From assembly GCF_036321535.1 (NCBI RefSeq), contig NC_087443.1, positions 15,562,001 to 15,626,000 of the forward strand: a DNA stretch of 64,000 bases. The letters run 5' to 3'. The translations under genes and the position numbers were made by a program. Each line of letters opens with the position of its first letter. Position 1 is the first letter of the stretch. The notes beneath the pieces are model-generated. The model worked only from the letters and a program-made list of their open reading frames with translations, did no database searches and had not been told where the DNA came from. Source of the stretch: Camelus dromedarius (Eukaryota). Positions 1-10,129 of this stretch are shown here, piece after piece.

Positions 1-480
1 GGCGGGGGTCGTTCTCGGCCTCGCCGGAAAGCCGGGGCTTGTGGGGCGGGGCGATCTCGGCTGTGGCGAGACAGCCTGGGAGGGGGGCGCCCTTGGCCGC
101 TCGGGGAGATCTGGTGCGGGGGTCGTTCTCGGCCGCGCCGGGAAAGCCGGGGCATGGGGCGGGGGGCGATCTCGGCTGTGGCTGGACAGTCTGGTCCGGA
201 GGCGGCCTCTGCCGTGCGGGAGAGCCGTGGCGCGGGGAGAGCCGGGGCGGGGTTCGGTCTCCGCTGCGCAGATCGTGGCGGCTGGGGCCTGCGGGCGGGC
301 TGCTGTGGACAGCGCTGAGCCGCCTGCCGAGACTGTTGAGAGGCGCGCGACTCCCGGAGGCTTGGCCTGAGGTGGCTGCTGGGGGCTCGGTGCCTGCCTG
401 GAGGCCGCAGGGAGAAGGCGGGCCTGGGGCTGGGGCTGGCGGCCCTCCAGCTCCGACAAGGGACCTGTGCCCGCGCACTA
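1..480. promoter_or_regulatory. CpG island with G-rich degenerate minisatellite (copy 1, truncated by the window edge)
   Basis: Very GC- and CpG-rich, with repeated ggggtcgttctcggcc, ggggcgatctcggctgtggc and ggggagagcc motifs. Confidence 0.85.
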
Positions 481-811
481 CCAGCTAGTCTTCACCTGCG
501 ATGTCTGTGGGACTGGGTACTCCAAGCATATCTCCAAGCTTGCCTATCACCAGGGTGTGGTCATTGTGACCTGTCCTGGCTGCCAGACCCACCACACCAC
601 CCCGGACAACCTGGGTTGGTTCTCGGACCTGGATGGGAAGAGGAATATTGAAGAAATCCTGGCAGTCAGAAGGGAGAAGGTATGCCAAGTGGCTGGCAAG
701 GGGGTCCAGGAGCTTGTTTTAGAGGCTGCGGGGTCCCCCAAATCCACCAGTGCTGTGGCAGGGGCTGAGGACCAGGATCCCACCCACCCTGGCAAGAAGG
801 AGACCAGCTGA
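300..811 (+). pseudogene. DNLZ: DNLZ (HEP1/Zim17, DNL-type zinc finger) processed retrocopy, copy 1
   Basis: Frame 371-811 reads ...[85 protein letters not shown]..., matching DNLZ (HYQLVYTCKVC...[28 protein letters not shown]) with no introns. The start codon is replaced by CTG at 300 (LLWTAL vs MLRTAL). There are apparent frameshifts at ~350-385 and an in-frame TGA at 368. Confidence 0.93.
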
Positions 812-868
812 CTCACCTTCTGCCTTCAAGAACTATACTCTGGCCCTGGGCTGCTCTGGACGTGCCAA

Positions 869-893
869 TTTTTTTTTTTTTTTTTTTTTTTTT
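869..893 (+). repeat. Poly(T) tract in the presumed DNLZ 3'UTR (T25; T27, T25, T25, T27 in copies 2-5)
   Basis: Counted directly; length varies between units. Confidence 0.95.
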
Positions 894-2959
894 AATCAGT
901 AGCTATCGTTTGCAGATGTGGGGCCTGGGGGTCTCCTGCTCTCCCTGGTTCTGGAGTCAGAAGGACTCCCGAGAACCCTCTGTGGGCTGCAGCTGGGGCC
1001 TTCTGCAGCTACAGGCCATGTCCCAGTGGGAAGGGGCTGGACTTGGAGTCTGCGCCCCTCCTGGCTGTGGCTGTGTGGCCTTGGGCAGGTCACTTTGCCC
1101 CTGTGGGCCTCTGTCTTCCTGTCTCCAGATGAAAATGCTCAGAGCGCCACCTTGTCAGGAGGACAGGCAGAAAGACAAGACTCAGAACAGACATGGGGTG
1201 GCTCAGTCCTGCCCCAAATGTCAAGGTCCCCGTCTTGCTGGTTCTCAGGGATTCCAGGAAAGGATGGCCAGTTAGCCAGTGTACTTCCCGGGTGCAGGAT
1301 CAGCACCCCCACACCCATCTGCAGATCTTGTCCCTCTGGCCAGACGCAAGGAGGCCCCACAGATCCTTCTGTGGCACCTGCTGTCCCCTGGACAGCACTG
1401 GTGAACAAGTGCCAACTTCAGCCCTGACTTTTGGCCACTGGCCAAGCGGTCAGGAAAGCAGGCCACTCGCTGTCACCACTGACAGGCCAGGCAGCCGTGG
1501 TGACAAGGGGCGTGTGTGCGAGGGGTGCTTTCTGATGGGCGGTGGGCCGCGTGCCCCGCATTTGTCTCCCAGCCTTGTCTGACTGTCTTCTCAGGATGTT
1601 CCTGTGTTTATGAGAGCGTGTTTATTTCCAGAAGCCTTCTGGGCAGTGTGAGCTTCAGCATTAATCACCCAGCCACCATCTCACAGGATCCCAGCAGGAT
1701 GCGCGCTCCCAGTTGCCGACCCCCTCGCCCCCGGTCCTCAGCATGGTTCTCGAGGCACTGGCAGTCTGTGCTCTGACTCGGTTACCCCCGTCCTTCCCCT
1801 TGGCGAACAAGCCTGGATTATTCCAGCCCAGAGCCCCCTGTTCCATTTGTGAAGTCCAACCTGGAGGCTGAGCCAGCAGCCCCACCACTGCCTGTTCTCC
1901 TGTGCCACAGAAGCCCCAGGTGACCCACTGGCCTTGAAATGCCTGATCTGCAGGGCTGGGTAGAGGCATGGCTGCTTTGCTGACCCCAGACAGTTAGGAC
2001 CTGAATTCGGGGAGGTCCTGGGGGCTGGCTGGACTCTGAGAGTGCAGGGCTGGACCTTGGAGGGCCACTGGGACCAATCCCGCCCTCCACGGATGCGGAA
2101 ACAGAGGCCTGTGGTTTGGACATGTATGCTAGCCGTTTTTTATTGTCTGTTTTCTGACACTTTGACATCTGGGTCCCACTGACCCTGGAGGGGCTGCCCC
2201 TCCCAGGGCTAGTCAGTTCCTAGAGACAGTAGAAGATGCCAGTGAGCACACCCAGGGCGGGGACAGACAAGTAGGGGCAGCCCCTCCACCCAGAGATGCT
2301 GATTCCTCCCACCTGCTAGTCCTGCCTCCCTGTTGCTCGCCATGGAAACCACAGGAGAGGCTCTTGCCCACTTTTTCCCCTCCCCTGCCTCCTGACCCGC
2401 GAGGGCCCTGCTGATGCTCCTCCAAGGGCAGTGCCCCATCTGCACGGATGCTTCTCAGCCCAGCCAGGGCCCAGTGGTCCAAGTGAGCCCACTTTGTGCG
2501 AGGCCAGGCTGCCACTGACTTCAAGACTTCAGAAAGACATCTCAGATGCGAAGGGACCCATCACAGGAATGTCCATATGTTTTTCCTTCTAAGCCATGAC
2601 TCAGGAGTAAAAGCAAAATAACATTGTGTTCAGATCCAAGAGACTCAGAGAGTTTGCCGCTGTCAGGCTGTCACTGAGAGTGAGGACGGTTGGATTGAAG
2701 GAAGAAATGAACGAATCCCAGAAGGAACGAGTGGAGAGTGAGACACGAGGTGGGGAAATGGGTGAGTGCAGGTCTGTCTGACAGTCATGACTATGTAAAT
2801 CAAGCATCGGGGGTTAGTAAGAACGATTATCATGAGTAATGAGAAGGCAAAAACCTCTGTGGTTCGGTGTTGTGTCCTGGCCATCACCGGCCACCCTACC
2901 AGGGCTCAGGAAGCCTGAGCTGAGGTAGAAAGGGCAGAAAAATACCTATATACTAGTCA

Positions 2960-3420
2960 CTCACATCCATCTGTGTAAGAAGAATTGTGCACCATGAACA
3001 AGTGGGAAAGATTCCTGGAATGCAGGGTGGCTTCACCCTAGAAAAATGCATGAGTATATACTCCATTCCATTAACAGTGTGAGGAGAAAAAACAGGATCA
3101 TCCCAATGAATGCCGAGAAGGAAATGGATGAATTCACCACCATCTTCTGAATTTCATGGAAACATGAGAAATTTAAAGGGTCATATACACACAATGTTTT
3201 TTTCTTCAATAACTCTAGCCCAACTGGATAATAACAATTTTTAGAAGTATCACAGCATTATATACTGCGTTATAGCACAATATCACTTCAAACTGTTCCT
3301 CATGCTGTGCGTCAGGTCTTTTAGAGCCTCATCAGAGAAATGGCTCCATTTAGTAGGGATGCTCATTGCAAGAAAAACATGCTTCCTTTATGCCATCGAA
3401 TTTAACATAGATTGTTCAGG
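2960..3420 (+). mobile_element. Degenerate LINE-1 ORF2 (RT region) fragment; repeated in each unit (+11829, +23651, +35481, +47317)
   Basis: caccatgaacaagtgggaaagattcctggaatgcagggtggcttc...aaaaaacaggatcatcccaatgaatgccgagaagg resembles L1 ORF2 HHDQVGFIPGMQGWF...KNHMIISIDAEKAFD. Confidence 0.7.
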
Positions 3421-4346
3421 AGAAACCCCCCCCCCCATTATGACAGTCATGCAGAGCGGTATTTCTCCATGTGGTGACTGATCCCTAAATTCAGTCCCAT
3501 AGTGGAACTACAGGTCTGTAGGATCTAATATTCTGACTTTGGATCCCTGAGGGAGTCAGAGGTGTCCCCTGAGTCCTAGAGTGGAGAGCCACACAGCAGG
3601 AGAGTCAAGGGGGCCAAAATGAGAACGGAAGTGAGAGCAGATGGTGAGATGTGATGTGGGAGAGCCCTGGGATCATGTGGGTCCTGGCTGAGGGGCTCTG
3701 TGGGAAGGTCTTCAGGAGTAAACGGCCTGGCAGGTGTGGCAGGTGAGGAAGGTGCCTATGTATGATGACCTCCTGTCAGGAAAGCTCCAGGAGTGGCCCC
3801 ATTTCAAATATATTCCCGAACCTGTCCTATCTTCCCTCCCAACTGTATTCACTCAGCAATACGTGTACATCTTCTTGGCCAAGTGCTGGGCTGGAGATCT
3901 GTAATATGCTCAAAACCAGGCATAGACTCTGCTCCCAGGTGGCTGAGCGTTCGTTATACTACAATCCAGGGAAAGCCGTTGTAGGTAGAGGAGCAGGTAA
4001 TTGAAATCAAAACCTGTCCCTCTCCCGCAGTTCTTATCATCACTGTTCTTTCTTCTGACACTTTAGGATACACAGGATTGTAGCAAAGCCCCCCAGGCGA
4101 AAGCAGACTCAGTGCTCTGGGGATAGAAGTCGATGCGGACCCACCTTGGCTGTGCTGAGCAGGAGAAATTCCCCGGTGAGTGACTCTCACCGAGACCTAC
4201 TGCCCTGCTTCAATTGTCTCCTAGGGATTCAGGGACAACCCCACTGTCCTGTGAGCAGACCTCTTTCTACCCAAATCTACATCACACACACACAAGGCAA
4301 CATGAATTAAAATATCTCTACTACATTGCACTGATTGTCAAAGTCT

Positions 4347-4352
4347 TTTATT
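4347..4352 (-). terminator. Poly(A) signal AATAAA of the RALGDS-like gene (also at 16172, 27994, 39824, 51660)
   Basis: Plus-strand TTTATT ~160 nt downstream of the TAA stop in the last exon, followed by a GU/U-rich stretch. Confidence 0.7.
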
Positions 4353-4512
4353 TAAATAGATATTTACAAACGCAGACGGTTGGAGGGAGAGAGGAAGGGA
4401 CAGAGGTGGACACAGATGGGTGCTGGACACAGACTAACACATGTCTGTGTATCCCAAGGGACAACTTCCACTCAGTGGCCAACTTCTTTTTGTGAATTAC
4501 AGTGTATTGAGA

Positions 4513-7500
4513 TTAGACCTGAAATGAGATTGAAGGAAAAAACCAAAGCTCTATAGCTTAAAGAAATCCTCACTTTCTAAAACATGTTCTGAGGGGGGCT
4601 AAATTGGGAAGGACCACGTTGGAATGGAACAGTGTTTCTCAGAAGCAGTGACACCCCTCCCTCTGGTGGCCATATGGGAATGGCAAGTGAGCTGCTGGCT
4701 CCATGGATGTCGGACAAACAGGCAACATTCACACAAACACAACATCAGTCTCACTCCAAAAAAAAAACAAACCCTCTAAGATCAAAATTCGGGGTTGCCT
4801 TCTATGTCCTTGTCTTGATCATGACATGACCGGCCACTTACCAAGGGCGGGGTCTCAGGGAGTGTTGATGGAGGCCCTGAGCTGGGCCCTGGGTCCACAG
4901 CAGACAAGGGAGAGGAGGCCGCTGCCTCACAGGACCTGCAGGGAGAGATTGGGAACATGCTGGGTTCACTTGTCCACATCCCCGCCCGGTGTGCCTGGTG
5001 CAGAGAAGTGAGTGTATCCAAACAAAGACATGTAGGGCACTTTGATGTTTCTATTAACAATAAAACACAAACACAACAGGCCGCAAGGAATATGTTATCA
5101 CCTCTAAGAGTAATCCGGAATTGTAAATCACAGACACCTCAAGAACAGTGGGCGTCCCGGGCCTGAAGGCGACGGGAGGCAGCAGAGCCTGACTGATACT
5201 TACAGCGCGTCCCTCTGCTCTGGCTCTGGTGCTGTTGCAGGCAGGAGAGCTGGAGCTGGCTCTCCATCCAGAGGGGCTTCCCCAGCGGGTTCTGGAGCTG
5301 GTGCTGTAGCTCCAAGAAGGGAAACTCTCATCAATAGGACTGCTTTCCCACGTGTCTCCCAAAGCCAGGGGAGCCCTCACTGCTACTCAATCAACTCTCA
5401 CTCCCTGACTCCACCCCCAGGGAGTCTTCCCAGACTCTGCTCTGTGGGGTCCAGTGCCTTCCCCTCCCCACCCACCAGATCCCCCACCCTGCATCCTGCT
5501 CACCATCACTGTCTGCCTCTGGGAGCTCCAGTTGCTCCAGCTGTGCCAGGAGGAGGTGGGCCTGCTGCTCCAGGTCGGAGCCAGGCATGCTGAGCTCTAC
5601 GTAAGCGACAATGGTCTTAAGGCATGGGAATTCTGGAGGCTGGTGGAAATCGTCTGGGTACTGGAACAGCCAGGTGCCCAGGATGGAGGACATGGCCCTG
5701 GGGGTAGTCAGGGGGACACCAGGGTCAGAGGCTTGGCCTTTCCTACCATGCTGGGCTCCCAGGGTAGCCCTGCGGGGACCTGGGCCTTTTTGCCTTTGGC
5801 TCCTGCCCATCCAGAGGCCGGCTCTGCTCCATGTCCCATCTCAGCTGGCAGTGTGGGCAGAGGCGGGCTTGGACACAGAGGAGGGGCTGCTACCAGCCTT
5901 CTGAAGGGACAGCCCTGGCTCAGTGGTGTGACCACCTGTCCACCACTTCAGGGACAACTGTCACACTGCTATGTCCCTCTCCCTGCCCCTCCCCACTGGA
6001 TGGCACATCTGTGAGGACAGGCAGGCTGTGCGTTCTGGGCACTGCCCTCTAAGGGACACGGGAGCTGCTCTATCAGTGCCTGAGCCAGGAGGGAACAGAC
6101 AGGCTGTGTCGGCCATCCAGGCTGCCCACGGGCCTCCTAACTCCACAGACTTTAGCTCCTGCACCTGCTGGCTGCAGAATCCTCCAGGGACCCTGCCTGG
6201 GTCTCCTTCTGCCCCTGCCACTCAGCATCATCAGGATGGGCTCAGCTGTCCCCTGAGGCTCACTGGGTCCCCTGAGCACCAGCTGAGTCCCCACCATTGA
6301 GGCTCCACTAGATGGTGGGCAGGATGCTCTCCACCCCTTGCGTTCTGTGTCTCCCATAGGGCGTGTGGGCAGGGATGGGATGTGTAGGGGATGGTTGTGG
6401 GTTTTCTTCAGGGTTGACTCTGTCTTCTGACCTCCCAGCTGCCCCTCACAGCACCACAGTCCCATCCACAGCTCTCTGGGTCTCGTCTCCTCTTTGCCAG
6501 GGGAAGCCCTAGGACTTTTGCTCTCAAACCAGACTCACTGGATATGTGGGATCCTGGATTCTGCCCACCTTGGACCAACCAGAGAGCCCAGAGCTTCACA
6601 CACTATTTGGGGAAGGAGTCCTTCCCGCTTCAATCCAAAAGACTCACTGTTTCAGCTGGTGCAGGGGTCCCCCGTCCTCTTCCATAACAGGGAGGATGCA
6701 TCCGTATCTAGAGGAGAGCAGGAAGGCGTCACATGGACTGTCCCGAGCACACTAGCTGGATGTGCTGTCTAGTGTGACAGTGTGACACCCCAGAGAATGG
6801 AAGCCCTGGAGGGCAGGGCTGATGTCTGCTCGATGCATTAAATGATGGTTGTTCCTAGAAAAGCCCCTCGCCCTGGGGGCCCTTCCTATACATTGGAGGA
6901 ATGAGTGAGTGAGCCCACCCGGCCCCACAGCGCACATCTGAGTGGGCCTGGGACCCCACTTGTCCCTCCCAGGGATCCCTGCTCTCACTCTCCCAGGACA
7001 GGGACAGCTAATGGCGTCACAGATCCCCTTTGAAATGGGAAAACAGTTCCACCCAAGGCCAAAGTCCCAGTGACACAGGAGGCAGACGCTAGCTCTTGGG
7101 CAGGAGGACAATGACAAATTCGCACAACCACAGCCCCGCCAGCTGCTCTTGCCCTGAGCCAGGTCCCCAGAGAGCACCTTCCGTGAAGGTCTCCCTCTGA
7201 TCCTACCCTCCTAGGGCCTGATCCTCTCTTGACCCCAGGGTGCAGGGGGGAAACTGAGGCTTAGGGAGGTAGAGGAACAATGCCTCATGGCACTGCTGGT
7301 AGGTGGCCAGGTCCCCAATGTCCCATGAAGACAGAGTGCTCACCTCCGGAACAGATGGTCCAGCACCTGCTGGGCGGTGGCAAAAGTTCGATAATTGCCC
7401 AGAAATGTGTTCACATAGGAGGGGTGGCCGCCCAGGACGGCAGGCACCAGCTTTGCCACCAGCTTCTCCAGCCTGTGTCGCTGGAGGCTCCAAGCCCTGT

Positions 7501-8820
7501 AGGCCTCATCCCTGCTCCCTGATGGTCCAGCTCCACCCTGGGGTGGAAAGAGGAGAGATGTGAATCAGAGGCAGCACCGGGGACCCCCAGGCACTTGGGG
7601 CTGGAGATTAGACCGAATCCTCAAGCCTCAAGCTCTTGTGACTGAGGTGGAACAGGGGAGCCCTGAGCAGATCCAAGGTTCTCGGCATCACCAGTACAAG
7701 GGGCGAAGGGCGATGATGAAATGCGTCAGTGCCTCAGATCCCTGTGTCAGCACCGCAGTGCCGGCCCCTCCCTGCATGCACCACTTCATCCCCGTGACTG
7801 CGGTCACACATCCCATTCTAGGGATGAGAACACAGCGGCTGAGCCTGGGGTGGGTGGGCTCAGGATATTCAGTTTAATGTGGACACGTGGGGATGTAGAA
7901 GAAACAGGACAACGTGTAGAAAAATGCAGAAACACCCTTGACTGTACATATACTGAAGTTCTGTCCAAGTCTCTTTCTCAGATTTGGACTCATATGTGGG
8001 CACTGACTTTGCGTCTGGCTAAGGCAGGGCCTGGGATGTGACGGCAGATGGGGGAGACGGGGCATCAGATCCCTTTGCCAGCAGCTCTCTTAAGAGGCAG
8101 CCCAGGGGAGAAGCGGGGCAGCAGTGGGGCCCGGGGCTTCCTGGGTGTGGATTCTCCTCGCTCACACTCACACTGAGCGCGTCCTTGGCTCTGCTGCTGT
8201 CGTGGGGCACCTGCGCCTCCTGCAGGGAGGTGGCGCGGGGTTCTCCATGGACCAGTTCCTGTCCCGTCCCTTGTGTTGAGTCCTGTAAATACAGTGCCCA
8301 GAGGCCAGGCAGCAGCCTCAGAACCCTGTCTGGTTGTCCGACCCATAAGAAATCTCCAGTCCTGACACACATCCACCACTGTCTGCACAGACCTCCTTCA
8401 GGGGCAGAAAAGCTGACAAAGTGGGAGCCTTGTATTCCCATTGACACAGAGAAGATGCCCCTCAGGGGTCCTCTTTCCCCCTTATCAGCCCTGTCCTTGG
8501 GTGCGGCCATGACAGGACCACCAGGTTACCAAGTGTTCAACAAGCCATTCCTGCCCAGAGGGGACACCTCCTCTCAAGTCCCCCTTCAGCGACATGGGGA
8601 TGAGGGAAAGCGGGCCTGCCCAGGGAGGGCCCCCAGTGGAGGCCGGTCCCACACTGGCCTTCTCCAGGCCACCCTGCGTTACCTTAGGTGACCTGCGCAA
8701 AATAGGCCACAGGCGTCTGGGTGGAGGGTTCCACAGACGCCTACAGCCACCGAAGAACCTCGCAGTCCAGGGTTTCCTGGCGGAGAAGCCCCGGGAGACC
8801 GGGAAACAAGAGGAGAACAT
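4513..8820 (-). CDS. RALGDS-like: RalGDS-like REM-domain-only protein, copy 1, 298 aa; join(8683-8820, 8172-8282, 7344-7537, 6648-6707, 5504-5697, 5204-5303, 4842-4935, 4513-4518)
   Basis: All introns are GT-AG, the phases are compatible, and the CDS is 894 nt plus TAA. The exons give DSTQGTGQELVHG..., RLEKLVAKLVPAVLGGHPSYVNTFLGNYRTFATAQQVLDHLFRR, YGCILPVMEEDGGPLHQLKQ and AMSSILGTWLFQYPDDFHQPPEFPCLKTIVAYVELSMPGSDLEQQAHLLLAQLEQ. These align with RALGDS (TLEKLVEHLVPAFQGSDLSYVTIFLCTYRAFTTTQQVLDLLFKR / YGCILPYSDEDGGPQDQLKN / AISSILGTWLDQYSEDFCQPPDFPCLKQLVAYVQLNMPGSDLERRAHLLLAQLE, recalled from memory). An alternative in-frame acceptor at 5309 is possible for exon 6. Confidence 0.85.
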
Positions 8821-8925
8821 CCTGTGTCTTCAACTGTCTCCAGCCAAGTGCGCTGGCTCTGGAGCCGTCACTAGAATGTGGGTGCCTGGTAACCAGGTTC
8901 CATTTCGGTTGGGGTCTGTGAAGGA

Positions 8926-8956
8926 TGTGATGTCACTTCCTGGGGTCCACTTCCTG
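8926..8956 (-). promoter_or_regulatory. Candidate ETS+CRE-like composite element ~110 bp upstream of the ATG
   Basis: The minus strand reads CCAGGAAGTGGACCCCAGGAAGTGACATCAC: two GGAAGT cores and a TGACATCA CRE variant. Confidence 0.35.
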
Positions 8957-9144
8957 GAAGCCCCTCCTAAGACAACACCTCCACACACTGCCCTCAGGGC
9001 TGCTTGCCTGCTCACGCCCTTCTCCACGTGAACCCGCATCTTGCACAGTTATAGCAGCCCCGCCGTCTCTAGAGCTGCCGGGGAGGGTCTGCATGCAGCT
9101 TTGAGGAGACGCCCTGGCTTCCAGACTCCACCCCTCATACTTAC

Positions 9145-9243
9145 CTGTTCTCCATCCTGGGGAAGTCCTGGTGTGTGTCCAGGCCCGTGTGTCTCCCCAG
9201 CTGCACAGTGGGAATGATTCTAGCAAGTACTTCCAGGGATGTC
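9145..9243 (-). other. Candidate upstream (5'UTR or short coding) exon of the RALGDS-like gene
   Basis: Acceptor ccttattccacttgcacctcag| and consensus donor CAG|GTAAGT; the exon ends ATG GAG AAC AG. Present in all five copies. Confidence 0.5.
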
Positions 9244-9426
9244 CTGAGGTGCAAGTGGAATAAGGCCTGAAAAATTGGAGAGTGATGTCACCTGGAGGTG
9301 TTGCCTGCGACCCAAGTTATCTTCCTCTGACTTCCTCCTCCATGGCTGTTCCTCTTAGGATGCGACGCGATAATTCTTATTCAATGTCATTGTACACGGG
9401 TGTCTATGTGTGTGTCTTTGTTGGTA

Positions 9427-9448
9427 TGTGTGTGTGTGTGTGTGTGTG
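9427..9448 (+). repeat. (TG)n microsatellite: n=11, 11, 15, 17 in copies 1-4 (21252, 33074, 44904); a diverged version lies at ~56733
   Basis: Counted directly. Confidence 0.95.
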
Positions 9449-10129
9449 TTTGCGTGCCTAAACCAGTGCTCACACTCTGTGTCGCCAGTAGGAAACTGTC
9501 CCCACACAGGAGAAATGGGCAAGAGCATCCTGAGGTCTGAGGGTTTCAGTTCTCTAAAGCAAATGGAATGAGAAATTCTGAGGCCCTTGCTGGAAGTTTA
9601 GAGCTCGTGAGTCAAGGCCATGCAGGTAGCAGGGCTGGAACTGGGATTATAGACAGCCTGTGTCCACTGTGCACACTCAGTAGCACAGTCCTGGGAGCAG
9701 GAAAACTGTCCACTTCTCTGATTACACAGTCTGGCACGCTGAACTTCTCCAGCTGGATATGCAGAGACCCAGGGACAGATGGGCAGATGGAGGCTGACAT
9801 CACTAGAGTGACGTGACCATCTCGTTGGCTGCTTCTTTGCCTTCATGGAGCTTCCGTCCACGTAGGAGGAAGGCCAGCGGGTAAACTGAATGACAAGGAA
9901 GGATGTAATCAGGAAGTAATAACTGCTCTGATGGAATACACTGGGGACGTGAGAGAGAGCAAGGCCACGGGCAGCATGGCACGGAGCAAATGACAGTAGG
10001 GACCTCATGACCTGGGGGCCCGAGATCCTCAACTCGGCATCAGAGATAGCAAGGTGAGGCCGAGAGAGGGTGCCCACCCACAGGGAGCTGGCCTCTACCT
10101 CTAGCTCCGTGTGGCGCTCTGGCCTAGCT

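Noticed and set aside
467-811. 114-aa 'MPAHYQ...' ORF as a functional DNLZ gene
   Set aside because: It starts at GTG, is intronless, lacks the presequence, and has an upstream in-frame TGA and frameshifts. Treated as a retro-pseudogene.
869-893. Poly(T) as the poly(A) tail of a minus-strand retroelement
   Set aside because: No SINE or L1 body or TSD adjoins it; it sits inside the DNLZ 3'UTR-like sequence.
4067-4224. Plus-strand exon-like segment (4067-4175), 7-bp hairpin CGGTGAG/CTCACCG and a ~49-nt pseudo-intron
   Set aside because: The intron is too short, there is no recognisable protein, the hairpin is short and mutated in copy 4, and no partner exons could be identified.
6750-6779. 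Inverted repeat CACACTAG...CTAGTGTG
   Set aside because: An 8-bp intronic stem is expected by chance; there is no RNA-gene or transposon-end context.
8485-8682. WLVEHLVTW motif in the intronic continuation of the 111-aa ORF, resembling RALGDS 'KLVEHLV'
   Set aside because: It lies past a good donor (AAG|GTAACG) inside intron 1; the true REM helix is in exon 3. Most likely a chance match.
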